A stretch of DNA of 64,000 bases from a bacterium. GTDB taxonomy: Bacteria > UBA10199 > 2-02-FULL-44-16 > JAAZCA01. This document shows, one piece after another, positions 52,304 to 61,787 of this stretch. Under the pieces are notes generated by a model. The model was not told where the DNA came from. It did no database searches and worked only from the letters and a program-made list of their open reading frames with translations. The number at the start of each line of letters is the position of its first letter. Position 1 is the first letter of the stretch. The stretch is taken from contig CAXXGI010000003.1 of the NCBI GenBank assembly GCA_963674695.2, forward strand, positions 608,001 to 672,000, read 5' to 3'. A program made the translations under genes and the position numbers.

Positions 52304-53074
52304 TCAATGCGCGCCGGTGACAGCCGCAGCAAATATCCCCCCCGCAATCATCATCCCAAAGAGAAAGATCGCGCCACAACAGATCATCGTGGGGAGAAAG
52401 ACGGCCAGGATCGCCCGCCCATACGTCGTCTCGTGTGTCACCTTGATGCCGATGATGATCAGGACCACCTGCCAGACCCAGGCGGCGAGCGCGCCGAGGA
52501 TCGGAATGATTTGGAGCAACTGCGGGCCGGTGGCGTAGCACGACACGCGAAACGTCGAGACGAAGGGCCGTCTGGCCGCGCCCAGGAGCATGAGGCAGAG
52601 GTGATAGATGCCCGCCTGCGCCAAGAGCGCGAGCGTGGCGAAGATGGGGACGAAGACCAGGGAGAAGGCCAGGATGAGAATCAGCGCCAGCGGAAAGGAG
52701 AAGGCAAAGATCGGCGACATGCTCTTGCGAACGGCATTGCCCATCTCCACGCTCATGGCCAGCGATTGAAATCCAACCTGATACGCGGCCGCTGCCAGAA
52801 AGACGATGAAGGCCACGATCAGCGCATAGATGAGGGGGCGCTTCCAATCGGAGCGTCCCGCGACCTCACGAAAGAAGAGCTCTGGCTGCATGAAGGAACG
52901 CTTGGCCGTCTCGATGAAGGCGCCCACCCAGTTGGCACGCTCTTCCCGATCCCACGCACACCCCTCCTCCACCGGAATCTCCACGCGCACCTGACCGTTG
53001 CAGGAGGGACACGTGACGATCCCGGCGGAATCGGATTGAAACTGCTTTTGGCAATGCGGACAGGTGAAGATCAT
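52304..53074 (-). CDS. Zinc-ribbon plus Yip1-like membrane protein
   Basis: CPHC...CPSC, WDRE, P.LFF, multiple TMs, YATGPQLL.IIP. Confidence 0.75.
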   Translation of the reverse strand: MIFTCPHCQKQFQSDSAGIVTCPSCNGQVRVEIPVEEGCAWDREERANWVGAFIETAKRSFMQPELFFREVAGRSDWKRPLIYALIVAFIVFLAAAAYQVGFQSLAMSVEMGNAVRKSMSPIFAFSFPLALILILAFSLVFVPIFATLALLAQAGIYHLCLMLLGAARRPFVSTFRVSCYATGPQLLQIIPILGALAAWVWQVVLIIIGIKVTHETTYGRAILAVFLPTMICCGAIFLFGMMIAGGIFAAAVTGAH

Positions 53075-53084
53075 GTTTGCCTCT

Positions 53085-53245
53085 GGTGAGATGGCGAGAT
53101 AGCTCAATAGTGAGATGGCTTAATGGCTTAATGGCTTAATGGCTTAATGGCTAAAACCAAAAGCCATCAAGCGATTCAGCCATCTCACGATCTCACTATC
53201 TCACGAATGAGCTATCTCGCTATTCAGCCATCTCACTATCTCACG
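53085..53245. repeat. Long inverted octamer arrays (9 units / 10 units) between divergent genes
   Basis: GGTGAGAT GGCGAGAT AGCTCAAT AGTGAGAT (GGCTTAAT)x4 GGCTAAAA ... ATTCAGCC ATCTCACG ATCTCACT ... Confidence 0.92.
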
Positions 53246-53296
53246 AGTGATTACCACACGCTGGACGCGCGGGTCAATTTATGATGAAGAGGAACC

Positions 53297-54154
53297 ATGT
53301 CAAAGATATGGAATATTCTCGCGTTGACCGTGGCCCCCTCCGATGCCGAATCGGCCAGTGCCCTCATCGCCGAACTCGACTGCAACGGCATCGAGGTCGA
53401 TGAGAGTGCGAAGGATGAACGCATTCGCCTGTTGGCCTACTTCGATCCGGCCGTCGAGGAGATCGGCACCATCGAGGGGCGCATCCGAGAGATGCTCTCT
53501 GCCTGGAAGATCCGGCCGCTGGCGCTGAGCCTCGACACCGCCGACCTCGACGACTGGCGTGAAAAGTGGCGGCAGTGGTTCCATCCCTTCGAGATCGCGC
53601 CGGGGATCATCATCGCCCCGAGTTGGGAAGCGCCGGACAATCCGAGAGAGGCCCACGTCATCACGCTCGACCCCGGCATGGCCTTCGGAACGGGCATCCA
53701 TCCGACCACGCGCCTCTGTGCTGAGGCGATCGCGACGAAGCGAGAGGAGGGCGGGATCGATTCGCTCCTCGACGTCGGCACCGGCAGCGGCATCCTCTCC
53801 CTGGTCGGTCGGGCGCTCGGCATCAGCCGCATCGCCGGCGTGGAGAACGACCCCGATGCGCTGACCGTCGCCCGCGAGAACTTTGCCATCAATGGCTGCG
53901 CCGACATCGAGACCGGATTGGATTTCACCTCGATCGATGGCACCTTCGACCTCGTCGTCGCCAATATCCTTTTGAGACCGCTCCTGGGCCTGCGCGATGC
54001 CCTGCTCGAACGGGTGGCACCCGGCGGCACCCTCATCCTCTCCGGCATCACCAACGACCAGGAGGAGGACCTCGCCGAAGCATTCGCCCCACCGTTGACG
54101 CTTGCAACGAAGACACAGCGCGAGGAGTGGAGTTGTTTGGTGTTTCATCGGTGA
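53297..54154 (+). CDS. prmA: Ribosomal protein L11 methyltransferase
   Basis: DW...W...F, LDPGMAFGTGIHPTT, LDVGTGSGILS, VVANIL, LILSGI. Confidence 0.95.
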   Translation: MSKIWNILALTVAPSDAESASALIAELDCNGIEVDESAKDERIRLLAYFDPAVEEIGTIEGRIREMLSAWKIRPLALSLDTADLDDWREKWRQWFHPFEIAPGIIIAPSWEAPDNPREAHVITLDPGMAFGTGIHPTTRLCAEAIATKREEGGIDSLLDVGTGSGILSLVGRALGISRIAGVENDPDALTVARENFAINGCADIETGLDFTSIDGTFDLVVANILLRPLLGLRDALLERVAPGGTLILSGITNDQEEDLAEAFAPPLTLATKTQREEWSCLVFHR

Positions 54155-54196
54155 CATCCGGGAATCACCTCGAGCGGCGCCATCGAGCGCTGACGT

Positions 54197-54267
54197 TGTC
54201 ATCCCCGCGAACGCGGGGATCTCGATCTATTATGAAAAGCGAGATTCCCGTTTTCACGGGAATGACA
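54197..54267. repeat. REP-like doublet
   Basis: TGTCATCCCCGCGAACGCGGGGATCTCG...CGAGATTCCCGTTTTCACGGGAATGACA. Confidence 0.9.
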
Positions 54268-54299
54268 CCTTATACATGAATGAAATCTCAGGAGAGTTC

Positions 54300-55037
54300 A
54301 TGCCGCAATTTTTTGTTGATGAAGAACTGACCGTCGGCACGGAGGTGACGCTTCGGGGAGCCGACGCGCGTCATGTGGCGAGCTCGCTGCGACTCGTCGC
54401 CGGCGATTGGATCGTCCTGGCCGATGCCACGGGGCGACAGTTTCGCACGACGATTATCGCCGCCACCCCCTCGAGCGTCTGCGTGCAGGTCGATCATCTG
54501 CTCCCCGCACGCAAGGGCCCGTCGCCCCCGATCCTCGCCCTGGCGATTATCAAGGCCGACCGATTCGAGTGGGCGCTCCAGAAAGTCGTCGAACTCGGCT
54601 GCCGGCGCATCCTCCCCTTCACGTCACAGCGGACTTCCGCGGTCGTCCCCGATACGCGCAAGCTGGCGCGCTGGCAGCGCATCGCCGTCGAAGCGGCCAA
54701 GCAGTCGGGGCTCCCCGTGCCGCCGACCATCGAGGCGACGATCGATTTCGACACCCTCTGCGAACGAGGAGGAGCACGCGACCGAGCCATCCTCTTCTAT
54801 GAAGGCGAGCAGACGCGCGGACTCAAGGAGATCCTCACCGATGCGTGCGATGAACCAGCGGGCGAGGCCCTCATCATCGTCGGACCGGAGGGCGGCTTCA
54901 CGCCCGAAGAGGTCGATCGGGCGCATGAGGCGGAGATCATCACCGTAGGACTCGGCCCCCAGATCCTGCGCGTGGAGACGGCCGCCATCGCCGCCATGGC
55001 GATCTGGCAGTATGCGACGGGGAATATGAATCCGTAA
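54300..55037 (+). CDS. rsmE: 16S rRNA m3U1498 methyltransferase
   Basis: H...LRL, QKVVELG, EAAKQS, VGPEGGF, LGPQILRVETAA. Confidence 0.95.
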   Translation: MPQFFVDEELTVGTEVTLRGADARHVASSLRLVAGDWIVLADATGRQFRTTIIAATPSSVCVQVDHLLPARKGPSPPILALAIIKADRFEWALQKVVELGCRRILPFTSQRTSAVVPDTRKLARWQRIAVEAAKQSGLPVPPTIEATIDFDTLCERGGARDRAILFYEGEQTRGLKEILTDACDEPAGEALIIVGPEGGFTPEEVDRAHEAEIITVGLGPQILRVETAAIAAMAIWQYATGNMNP

Positions 55038-55087
55038 TCATCGCCTCCTGCAAAATCGACATCCCCCTCTATGCGTGCTATACGACC

Positions 55088-55885
55088 ATGCGTATGGATA
55101 AACTCAATTTTACCTCCCTCACCGATGTCTCGCTTCCCCGGCGGGTTCCGCTGATCATCGCCCACCGCGGCGCCTGTCGCGAAGCGCCGGAAAATACGCT
55201 GCCGGCCCTCGAGCGCGCGCTCGCCATCGGAGCCGACGGCGTCGAGATCGACGTCATGCTGACGGGCGATCGCGTTCCCGTGCTCAGCCACAACGACGAC
55301 CTCTCACGCCTCACCCACTATCGCGGCTATCTTCATCAAACGCCATTCGCCACGGTTCATGCACTCGACGTCGGCAGCCACTTCAGCACGGCGACCGCCG
55401 GGATCACCATGCCGACGCTCACCGAGGCGCTCGAACTCCTCTGTCGCCACGAGATCCTCACCATCATCGAGATCAAGGCGCAGCCCGGCCTCATCGCCAG
55501 CGCCGCCGAACTCATCGGCGGCATCCTCGCCGACTTTCGCTTTCGCGGAGGGGTGATGCTCTCCTCCTCGAACGTACGCTTGCTCATGCAGCTCAAAAAA
55601 CGCCATCCACAACTGGCGCGCGCCCTCATCTTCAAGCGCCGGGCTTTTTCCTTTTGCCGTACGCGCCTTTTTGCTAAATTGACCGGGTTTACAGCCCTGC
55701 ATCCATCGGTGCGCACGCTGACGCCGGGGCTGGTGTCGCATATGCGTCGACGGGAATGCGCCGTGCACGCCTGGACCGCCAACACACCGGCCGAGCTGGA
55801 CCGATGCATGGCCATGGACGTCGATGGCATCATCACCGACGACGTCCCCTTCGCCCGGCGCTATTGCCGGGGAAACCCTGACTAA
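55088..55885 (+). CDS. Glycerophosphodiester phosphodiesterase
   Basis: IIAHRGA..APENT, EIDV, IEIK, AWTAN, DGIITD. Confidence 0.92.
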   Translation: MRMDKLNFTSLTDVSLPRRVPLIIAHRGACREAPENTLPALERALAIGADGVEIDVMLTGDRVPVLSHNDDLSRLTHYRGYLHQTPFATVHALDVGSHFSTATAGITMPTLTEALELLCRHEILTIIEIKAQPGLIASAAELIGGILADFRFRGGVMLSSSNVRLLMQLKKRHPQLARALIFKRRAFSFCRTRLFAKLTGFTALHPSVRTLTPGLVSHMRRRECAVHAWTANTPAELDRCMAMDVDGIITDDVPFARRYCRGNPD

Positions 55886-55900
55886 CGCGAGGTCACGATC

Positions 55901-57601
55901 ATGGCAGATGAACGCAGACCCATCGATTCCACCGATCTGATCGACGTCGGAGACATCGACCAGATCTTCGACGAAGACATTTCCGCCACGCAGATGGATG
56001 ACTCGCCTCCCCGACTCGGCGGGGGCATGCAGGAGGCGGAACGATCCGGCCCCATGATCGCGAGCCTGCGCGATCGTTTCGTAGCGCTGCTCATCGATGC
56101 GACCTTTCTCTATGTCCTCTACTGGGGACTCATGCTCGTCTATCGCGTGATCGCCTTCGGCGTCGCCGCCGGTCCCATTCCCGCTGCCGGCATGAGCGGC
56201 CTGATCTTCAACGGCATCTTCCTGCTCCTGGCCCTGCTCTGGTTCGTACTGCCGGAATTCATCTTTTCGGCGAGCATCGGCAAACTCTTCTGTCGACTCT
56301 CGATCCGCAGCGTGGACGGCTCGCCCCCTTCGTTTCTCTCCGCACTCATCCGCAACCTCCTGCGCCCGATCGATCTGCTCCTCTTTCCGATCCTGATCGT
56401 TGCGGCGATGATGGAATGGTCTTCATGGCACCGACGCATTGGCGATCTGCTCGGTGGCACGATCGTGTTGCGCACGCTCACGCGAGCGCCGCGCCAATAT
56501 GCCCTCTCGCTCGACATCATCGCCAGCACCTGTCGGCGCACGCTCGCCTTTCTCGTCGATCTCGCGCTCTTCGCTGCCTTTGCCGGCGGCCTGGCGCTGC
56601 TGCTCAACCCGGAGGAGCCGCTGGTCAGCATGCTGCTCCTGGTGCTCGCGCCGATCGCCCTGGGCCTCTTTTTCATCATGCCGGAGTGGTTCACCAAGAC
56701 CAGCCCCGGAAAATGGCTCTTCGGGCTGGCCGTCTGCCATGAGGACGGCACCGCCGTCGATCTGCCCGGCGCGACGGTTCGAACCATCTGGCGCATCATC
56801 GACACCAACCCCTTCGGATTCCTCACGAGCCTGTTCGGCCAGCGCAAACAACGACCGGGCGATTCCGCCGCGGGAACCGTGGTCGTACGCGTCCCGCGGG
56901 AATGGCGCGGGCTCGTCGGCCTGGCCGGCATCATCCTCATCTCCTTGGCCATCGCCTCAGCGGGCCTGCAGAACCGAGACAGCCTCCTCTCCTCCGATTT
57001 CGAGGTCAACTTCCTCCCCTCGATCGACATCCGTGGCATGCAGGCACGGAAGGCCCCCAGCGGCCCGGCGCACCTGGTGATCAAGAACTTCAGCTTTGCC
57101 GTCGGCAATCCCGATTCCCCCCGGCGCCCCTCCATCTTTCAACCGGGCGAGATGCTCTATCTGGTCTTTGATGTGAACGGCTTCTCCCGTGAACAGACCC
57201 AGGTCTGGCTGCAGGAGGATCTCTCGATCCGCTATCCGGACAATTCGGTCGGCCTCAAGCTGGAAAATGTGAATGATTTCAGGAAGGATCTGGATCAACC
57301 TGGCATGATTCGCTTTGAAAACAACATCTCGCTCCCGAAAAACGCGCAGACCGGGCGATATACCGTAACGATCACGATCCGGGATAAGCTCTCTCGGCGC
57401 GAGCTGAAGGAACAGCGCTTCTTCTATATCACGCCCCAGACAGCAACTGGCGCTAAAGCTGATACTTTACAGGGCGATAGCAAGGACACCTCAACCACAA
57501 CAGAAGGGGATGATCGAGAAGGTTCTGATATTGAAGAGGAAGATGTTGAGGATAGCGGTCCTGTAAGCCCCTTTGCCACCCCAGAAGAATTAGACGAATA
57601 A
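55901..57601 (+). CDS. Tandem RDD-domain membrane protein with C-terminal Ig-like domain and acidic tail
   Basis: Two ASxxxR..A.L.D...S.GK...R..D units; C-terminal beta-rich GRYTVTITIRD. Confidence 0.82.
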   Translation: MADERRPIDSTDLIDVGDIDQIFDEDISATQMDDSPPRLGGGMQEAERSGPMIASLRDRFVALLIDATFLYVLYWGLMLVYRVIAFGVAAGPIPAAGMSGLIFNGIFLLLALLWFVLPEFIFSASIGKLFCRLSIRSVDGSPPSFLSALIRNLLRPIDLLLFPILIVAAMMEWSSWHRRIGDLLGGTIVLRTLTRAPRQYALSLDIIASTCRRTLAFLVDLALFAAFAGGLALLLNPEEPLVSMLLLVLAPIALGLFFIMPEWFTKTSPGKWLFGLAVCHEDGTAVDLPGATVRTIWRIIDTNPFGFLTSLFGQRKQRPGDSAAGTVVVRVPREWRGLVGLAGIILISLAIASAGLQNRDSLLSSDFEVNFLPSIDIRGMQARKAPSGPAHLVIKNFSFAVGNPDSPRRPSIFQPGEMLYLVFDVNGFSREQTQVWLQEDLSIRYPDNSVGLKLENVNDFRKDLDQPGMIRFENNISLPKNAQTGRYTVTITIRDKLSRRELKEQRFFYITPQTATGAKADTLQGDSKDTSTTTEGDDREGSDIEEEDVEDSGPVSPFATPEELDE

Positions 57602-57668
57602 TATCGTCGCTCCGCGCAACTTCACCCCCCCTGCCTGCCGATAGTATCTATGTAAGGGGGCGTGTATT

Positions 57669-58391
57669 ATGAAGACGTCAAAACCAGACAGAGCAGCCGA
57701 TCCGGCTCAGGCCGAGGCGATCGTATCGCGGTATAACCGCTACGTCGAGTACCGCAAAACGGCCAAAAAGACGAATGAGACCTTCTCTTCAGAGCTCAAT
57801 CGTGTTGCCGAAAAACCAAAGCGTGGGCGCAGAGAGACCCTCCGCCAAGCCGATGAGTCCTCCAACCGCAGCGTCGAACCCGCTCAACTCCGCCCAGCGC
57901 CGCGCCTGGCTCGCGGACGCAAGATCACGAACACGCAGGCCAAGCGGCTCGCCCATCTCGCGCCGACAATCGAACAAGCGGCTCGCCGTCACAACGTGCC
58001 GGTCGAGCTGATCTGTGGCGTCATCCTACAGGAATCAGGTGGAAATAGCCGCGCTGTCTCCCATTGCGGAGCACGGGGCCTGATGCAACTCATGCCGGGA
58101 ACGGCAAAGCGCTTCGGCGTCAAAAACTCCTTCGATCCCGCCCAGAACGTCGAGGGCGGCACGAAATATCTCCGCTGGCTCCTGGACCGCTTCGACGGCG
58201 ATATCGAGCTGGCGCTGGCGGGCTACAATTCCGGCGAACATAATGTGGAAAAGTACGGCAACAAGATCCCGCCGTTCAAGGAGACGCAGAACTACGTCCC
58301 GAGCGTCCTCTCCTATACCCAATCGATGATCGACATCTTCACCGTGAAACTCCAGCACGCCTCCCTGCCCGGATATGCCCGCAAGGCCTGA
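57669..58391 (+). CDS. Lytic transglycosylase (SLT domain)
   Basis: [38 protein letters not shown]. Confidence 0.93.
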   Translation: MKTSKPDRAADPAQAEAIVSRYNRYVEYRKTAKKTNETFSSELNRVAEKPKRGRRETLRQADESSNRSVEPAQLRPAPRLARGRKITNTQAKRLAHLAPTIEQAARRHNVPVELICGVILQESGGNSRAVSHCGARGLMQLMPGTAKRFGVKNSFDPAQNVEGGTKYLRWLLDRFDGDIELALAGYNSGEHNVEKYGNKIPPFKETQNYVPSVLSYTQSMIDIFTVKLQHASLPGYARKA

Positions 58392-58423
58392 GTGGCATTA
58401 TTTGCACAATAAAATCACATATC

Positions 58424-58495
58424 TTATCCGCCTACGGCTTGACCGGAGTATCCCTTAAATCAACCGAGATTGCCCGATCAAGTCGGGCAATGACA
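58424..58495. repeat. REP-like doublet (GGCTTGACC subtype)
   Basis: CGGCTTGACCGGAG...GAGATTGCCCGATCAAGTCGGGCAATGACA, as at 35641. Confidence 0.82.
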
Positions 58496-58514
58496 GGAAA
58501 ACACCTTTTCCCCC

Positions 58515-58543
58515 TTGACCCTCACGTTAGCGTTAGGTATAAA
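58515..58543 (+). promoter_or_regulatory. Sigma70 promoter with a MerR-type palindromic operator in the spacer
   Basis: TTGACC-17-TATAAA; CCTCACGTTAGCGTTAGG (58520-58537, 14/18 self-complementary). Confidence 0.8.
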
Positions 58544-58549
58544 GGTGGT

Positions 58550-59047
58550 ATGGATAGTAAGTTAAACACTTACCGTATCGGCGACATCGCTCAGACGCTG
58601 GGGATCTCGCAGCGCACGCTGCGCTATTATGAGGAGCTCGGCTTTCTCACGCCCTCGCGCAGCGGTGGCGGCTTTCGGCTCTACTCTCAGCGCGATGTCA
58701 ATCTGCTGCGCATGATCCTGCGCTTCAAGGACCTGGGACTCTCCCTCGATCAGATCCGCACGCTGACCAAGCCTGAAACGCTCACTTCGGGAAGCGAGGC
58801 GGTGGACCATCTGCGCACCGCCCTTCAGGAGCGCCGCGCTGAGTTTCGGGAAAAGCTGCAAAAATATCGCGAAGGCATCGAACAGATCGAACAGGTCCTG
58901 CACATCCTCTCCGACTGCGCCACCTGCGGTTCCCCGATGCGCCGCGGTCGCTGTGAGGATTGTCTGCATCACCATGGGGCGGAGATCTCACCGCTGCTGG
59001 CGCCGCTGCTCAATGATGAGGAAAACACCGCGCCGGAAACACCCTGA
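58550..59047 (+). CDS. MerR-family regulator with C-terminal CxxC-x8-CxxC motif
   Basis: YRIGDIAQTLGISQRTLRYYEELG, RLYS, LGLSLDQI; CATCGSPMRRGRCEDC. Confidence 0.92.
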   Translation: MDSKLNTYRIGDIAQTLGISQRTLRYYEELGFLTPSRSGGGFRLYSQRDVNLLRMILRFKDLGLSLDQIRTLTKPETLTSGSEAVDHLRTALQERRAEFREKLQKYREGIEQIEQVLHILSDCATCGSPMRRGRCEDCLHHHGAEISPLLAPLLNDEENTAPETP

Positions 59048-59074
59048 TGCGATCCCGGCGCATGCGAGGTCATT

Positions 59075-59938
59075 ATGTGGAACTATTCTGATAACGTGGT
59101 CGATCACTTCCTCCATCCCCGCAACGTGGGGGAAATCGAAAACCCCGATGGCGTGGGTGAAGTCGGTTCGATGGCTTGCGGCGACATGCTGCACCTCTCC
59201 TTCAAACTGGACGACGAGGGCCGCATCAGTGATGCAAAGTTCAAGACCTTCGGCTGCGCCTCGGCCATCGCCTCGAGCTCAGCGCTCACCGAGATGATCA
59301 AGGGTAAGACGATTGAAGAGGCGCTGACCATCACCAATCGAGACATCGCCGATTACCTGGGCGGACTGCCCGATCAGAAGATGCACTGCTCGGTCCTCGG
59401 GCGTGAAGCGCTCGAAGCGGCGGTGCGCAACTATCGGGGTGAAGAGGAAGACGTAAAGCAACTCGAGGGCGAGGTGGTCTGCACCTGCTTCGGCGTCACC
59501 GATACCGAAATCCGAGACGTCGTCCGCGAAAACAACCTCACGACTATCGAAGAGGTGACGAACTTCACCAAGGCCGGCGGCGGATGCGGCCTCTGTCACG
59601 AAAAGATCCAGGAGATCCTGGACGAAGCCGGCGCTTCGAATGCGTTGCCGGCGAAGCATTCAACGGGCGCATCCAAAGCGAGCTCCGCCCATGAATTGAC
59701 CAATCTCCAGAAGATCCACCTGATCGAAGAGGTCATCAACGAGCGCATCCGTCCCGCGCTCCAGCACGATGGCGGCGACATCGAGCTGGTCGACGTCAAC
59801 CAGAACATCGTGACGGTCCGACTCAAAGGCGCCTGCGCGACCTGCCCCTCTTCATCGGTGACCATGCGGCAGTTCGTGGAGAAGGAGATCGACAAACTCG
59901 TCGCGCCGGACATCCGGGTCGAGGAGGCGCACGCGTGA
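59075..59938 (+). CDS. nifU: Fe-S cluster scaffold NifU (IscU-like, BFD and Nfu domains)
   Basis: ACGD, FKTFGCASAIAS, KMHCSV, VCTCFGV..GGCGLC, DGGDIELV, GACATC. Confidence 0.96.
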   Translation: MWNYSDNVVDHFLHPRNVGEIENPDGVGEVGSMACGDMLHLSFKLDDEGRISDAKFKTFGCASAIASSSALTEMIKGKTIEEALTITNRDIADYLGGLPDQKMHCSVLGREALEAAVRNYRGEEEDVKQLEGEVVCTCFGVTDTEIRDVVRENNLTTIEEVTNFTKAGGGCGLCHEKIQEILDEAGASNALPAKHSTGASKASSAHELTNLQKIHLIEEVINERIRPALQHDGGDIELVDVNQNIVTVRLKGACATCPSSSVTMRQFVEKEIDKLVAPDIRVEEAHA

Positions 59939-61086
59939 GAGCCGTCTATGTCGACAACAACGCCACCACCCGCGTGGCACCCGAAGTGATCGAGGCGATG
60001 CTCCCGTATCTGGCCGAACAGTGGGGAAACCCCTCGAGCATGCACACCTTCGGCGGGCAGGTCATGCACGCGGTGGATGCCGCGCGCGAAGCCACGGCTG
60101 CGCTCATCGGAGCCGAACCGCGCGAAATCATCTTCATGAGCTGCGGCACCGAGGCCGACAACACGGTGATCCATTCCGCACTCGCCGCCGCACCGAACAA
60201 GAGCCGCATCATCACCACAGCGGTGGAACACCCGGCCGTGCTCAATCCGATGAAGGAGCTTCAGAAAAAGGGATATGATGTCGTCTTCCTCCCCGTCGAT
60301 ACTGAGGGGCGACTGAACCTGCACGAACTGGAAGACGCGCTCGACGCGAATACGGCACTCGTCTCGGTGATGTGGGGGAACAACGAAACCGGCGTGCTCT
60401 TCCCGATCGAGCGCATCGCCGAGCTCTGTGCCATGCGGCACATCCCGCTACACGTCGATGCCGTCCAAGCGGTCGGCAAGATTCCGATCGACCTCGCCCG
60501 CGTCCCCATCACGTACCTGGCGCTGTCCGGGCACAAGCTGCACGCCCCCAAGGGGGTGGGCGCCCTCTTCGTCCGCAAGGGCACGCCCTTCACACCGCTC
60601 ATCAGCGGCGGCCATCAGGAACGCGGCCGACGCGGCGGAACGGAGAACGTCGCCTCCATCGTCGGACTGGGTCGTGCCTGCACGCTGGCGGGCGAACATC
60701 TGGATGAAGAACAGACCCGTGTGGCCGCCCTGCGCGACCGGCTCGAGCACGAGATCCTGACGACCATCCCCCGTGCCTTTCGGCAGGGCGATCCCGCCAT
60801 GCGCCTGCCCAACACGACCAACATCGGCTTCGAGGCGATCGAGGGCGAGGCAATCCTGCTCCTCCTGAACGAATACGGCATCTGTGCCTCGTCGGGGAGT
60901 GCGTGCACCTCCGGCTCGCTCGATCCATCGCATGTCCTCGTGGCCATGGGCATCCCCTTCACCCGCGCCCACGGCTCGATCCGGTTTTCCTTGTCGCGCT
61001 ACAATACGGACGCGGATGTCGACTTCATCCTCGAGAAGCTCCCCGGCATCATCGCTCGCCTGCGCGAACTCTCCCCGGTGCCTTGA
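59935..61086 (+). CDS. nifS: Cysteine desulfurase NifS
   Basis: DNNATT, GNPSSMH, NNETG, DAVQ, SGHK, SSGSACTS. Confidence 0.96.
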   Translation: MRAVYVDNNATTRVAPEVIEAMLPYLAEQWGNPSSMHTFGGQVMHAVDAAREATAALIGAEPREIIFMSCGTEADNTVIHSALAAAPNKSRIITTAVEHPAVLNPMKELQKKGYDVVFLPVDTEGRLNLHELEDALDANTALVSVMWGNNETGVLFPIERIAELCAMRHIPLHVDAVQAVGKIPIDLARVPITYLALSGHKLHAPKGVGALFVRKGTPFTPLISGGHQERGRRGGTENVASIVGLGRACTLAGEHLDEEQTRVAALRDRLEHEILTTIPRAFRQGDPAMRLPNTTNIGFEAIEGEAILLLLNEYGICASSGSACTSGSLDPSHVLVAMGIPFTRAHGSIRFSLSRYNTDADVDFILEKLPGIIARLRELSPVP

Positions 61087-61087
61087 G

Positions 61088-61234
61088 TGACGACCGTTCA
61101 CTTCGTTCCCTTGGGCGATAGACGACCGCGAGCGCTGCTCGCTGGGACGAGGGACGCAAAAACACCTTCGTCCGAGATCCCGGAGGGATCGATCGTCCTT
61201 CGTCTCAGCGAACGGTGTTCGCGATCGTCCTTCG
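61088..61234. repeat. TCGTCCN/GGACGA heptamer-hairpin element (copy 2, longer)
   Basis: 61141-61234 aligns with 2208-2301; extra GACGA units upstream. Confidence 0.85.
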
Positions 61235-61253
61235 TAAACGGCGGTCTTTTCCC

Positions 61254-61283
61254 TTGACGCGATACCCTCGGATCATATAGAGT
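61254..61283 (+). promoter_or_regulatory. Putative sigma70 promoter of rplM-rpsI
   Basis: TTGACG followed by TATAGA (16-nt spacer) or TAGAGT (18-nt spacer). Confidence 0.5.
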
Positions 61284-61342
61284 GCCGCGGCTTTACAGAC
61301 AAAACAAATTATCATTTTAAATCAACCAGTTGCGAGTACTCC

Positions 61343-61783
61343 ATGGACCACAAACAGACCACTTGGATTAATGCCGAAAACGCCGATCGCAGTTGGGTGC
61401 TCTTCGATGCAACCGACCGCATCGTTGGACGCGCCGCGACCCAAATCGCCGAGATCCTGCGCGGAAAGCACCGGCCGACCTACACGCCCAACGTCGACAA
61501 TGGCGACTTTGTCATCGTCATCAATGCGGCCAAGGTGCGGTTTACGGGAAAGAAGCTCAAGGGGAAGCACTACTATCATCATACGGGCTTCCCGGGCGGC
61601 ATCAAGGACATCACGGCTGAGAAGCAGCTCGAAAAGCATCCCGATCGCATCCTGCGCGATGCCGTCTGGGGCATGCTTCCGAAGAACCGTCTTTCGCGTC
61701 AATTGTTGACCAAACTCAAAATCTACCCCGGTGCTGAGCATCCGCATGCTGCTCAGAAGCCGGTGGCCCTGAACGTTGGATAA
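61343..61783 (+). CDS. rplM: 50S ribosomal protein L13
   Basis: GRAATQIA..LRGKHRPTYTP.VD.GDFVIVINA, HTGFPGG, HPHAAQKP. Confidence 0.98.
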   Translation: MDHKQTTWINAENADRSWVLFDATDRIVGRAATQIAEILRGKHRPTYTPNVDNGDFVIVINAAKVRFTGKKLKGKHYYHHTGFPGGIKDITAEKQLEKHPDRILRDAVWGMLPKNRLSRQLLTKLKIYPGAEHPHAAQKPVALNVG

Positions 61784-61787
61784 TCCT

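Noticed and set aside
53085-53245. CRISPR array (also considered for REP clusters such as 44709-44902)
   Set aside because: Units are 7-8 nt tandem or inverted doublets without unique 30-40 nt spacers; no cas genes
57616-57644. Sigma28-like promoter (GCAACTTC...GCCGATAG) before the SLT gene
   Set aside because: Good -10 match but 13-nt spacing and a weak -35; not enough support
59075-61086. Nitrogen fixation cluster
   Set aside because: No nifHDK or other nif genes; stand-alone nifU-nifS is a known housekeeping Fe-S system in non-diazotrophs
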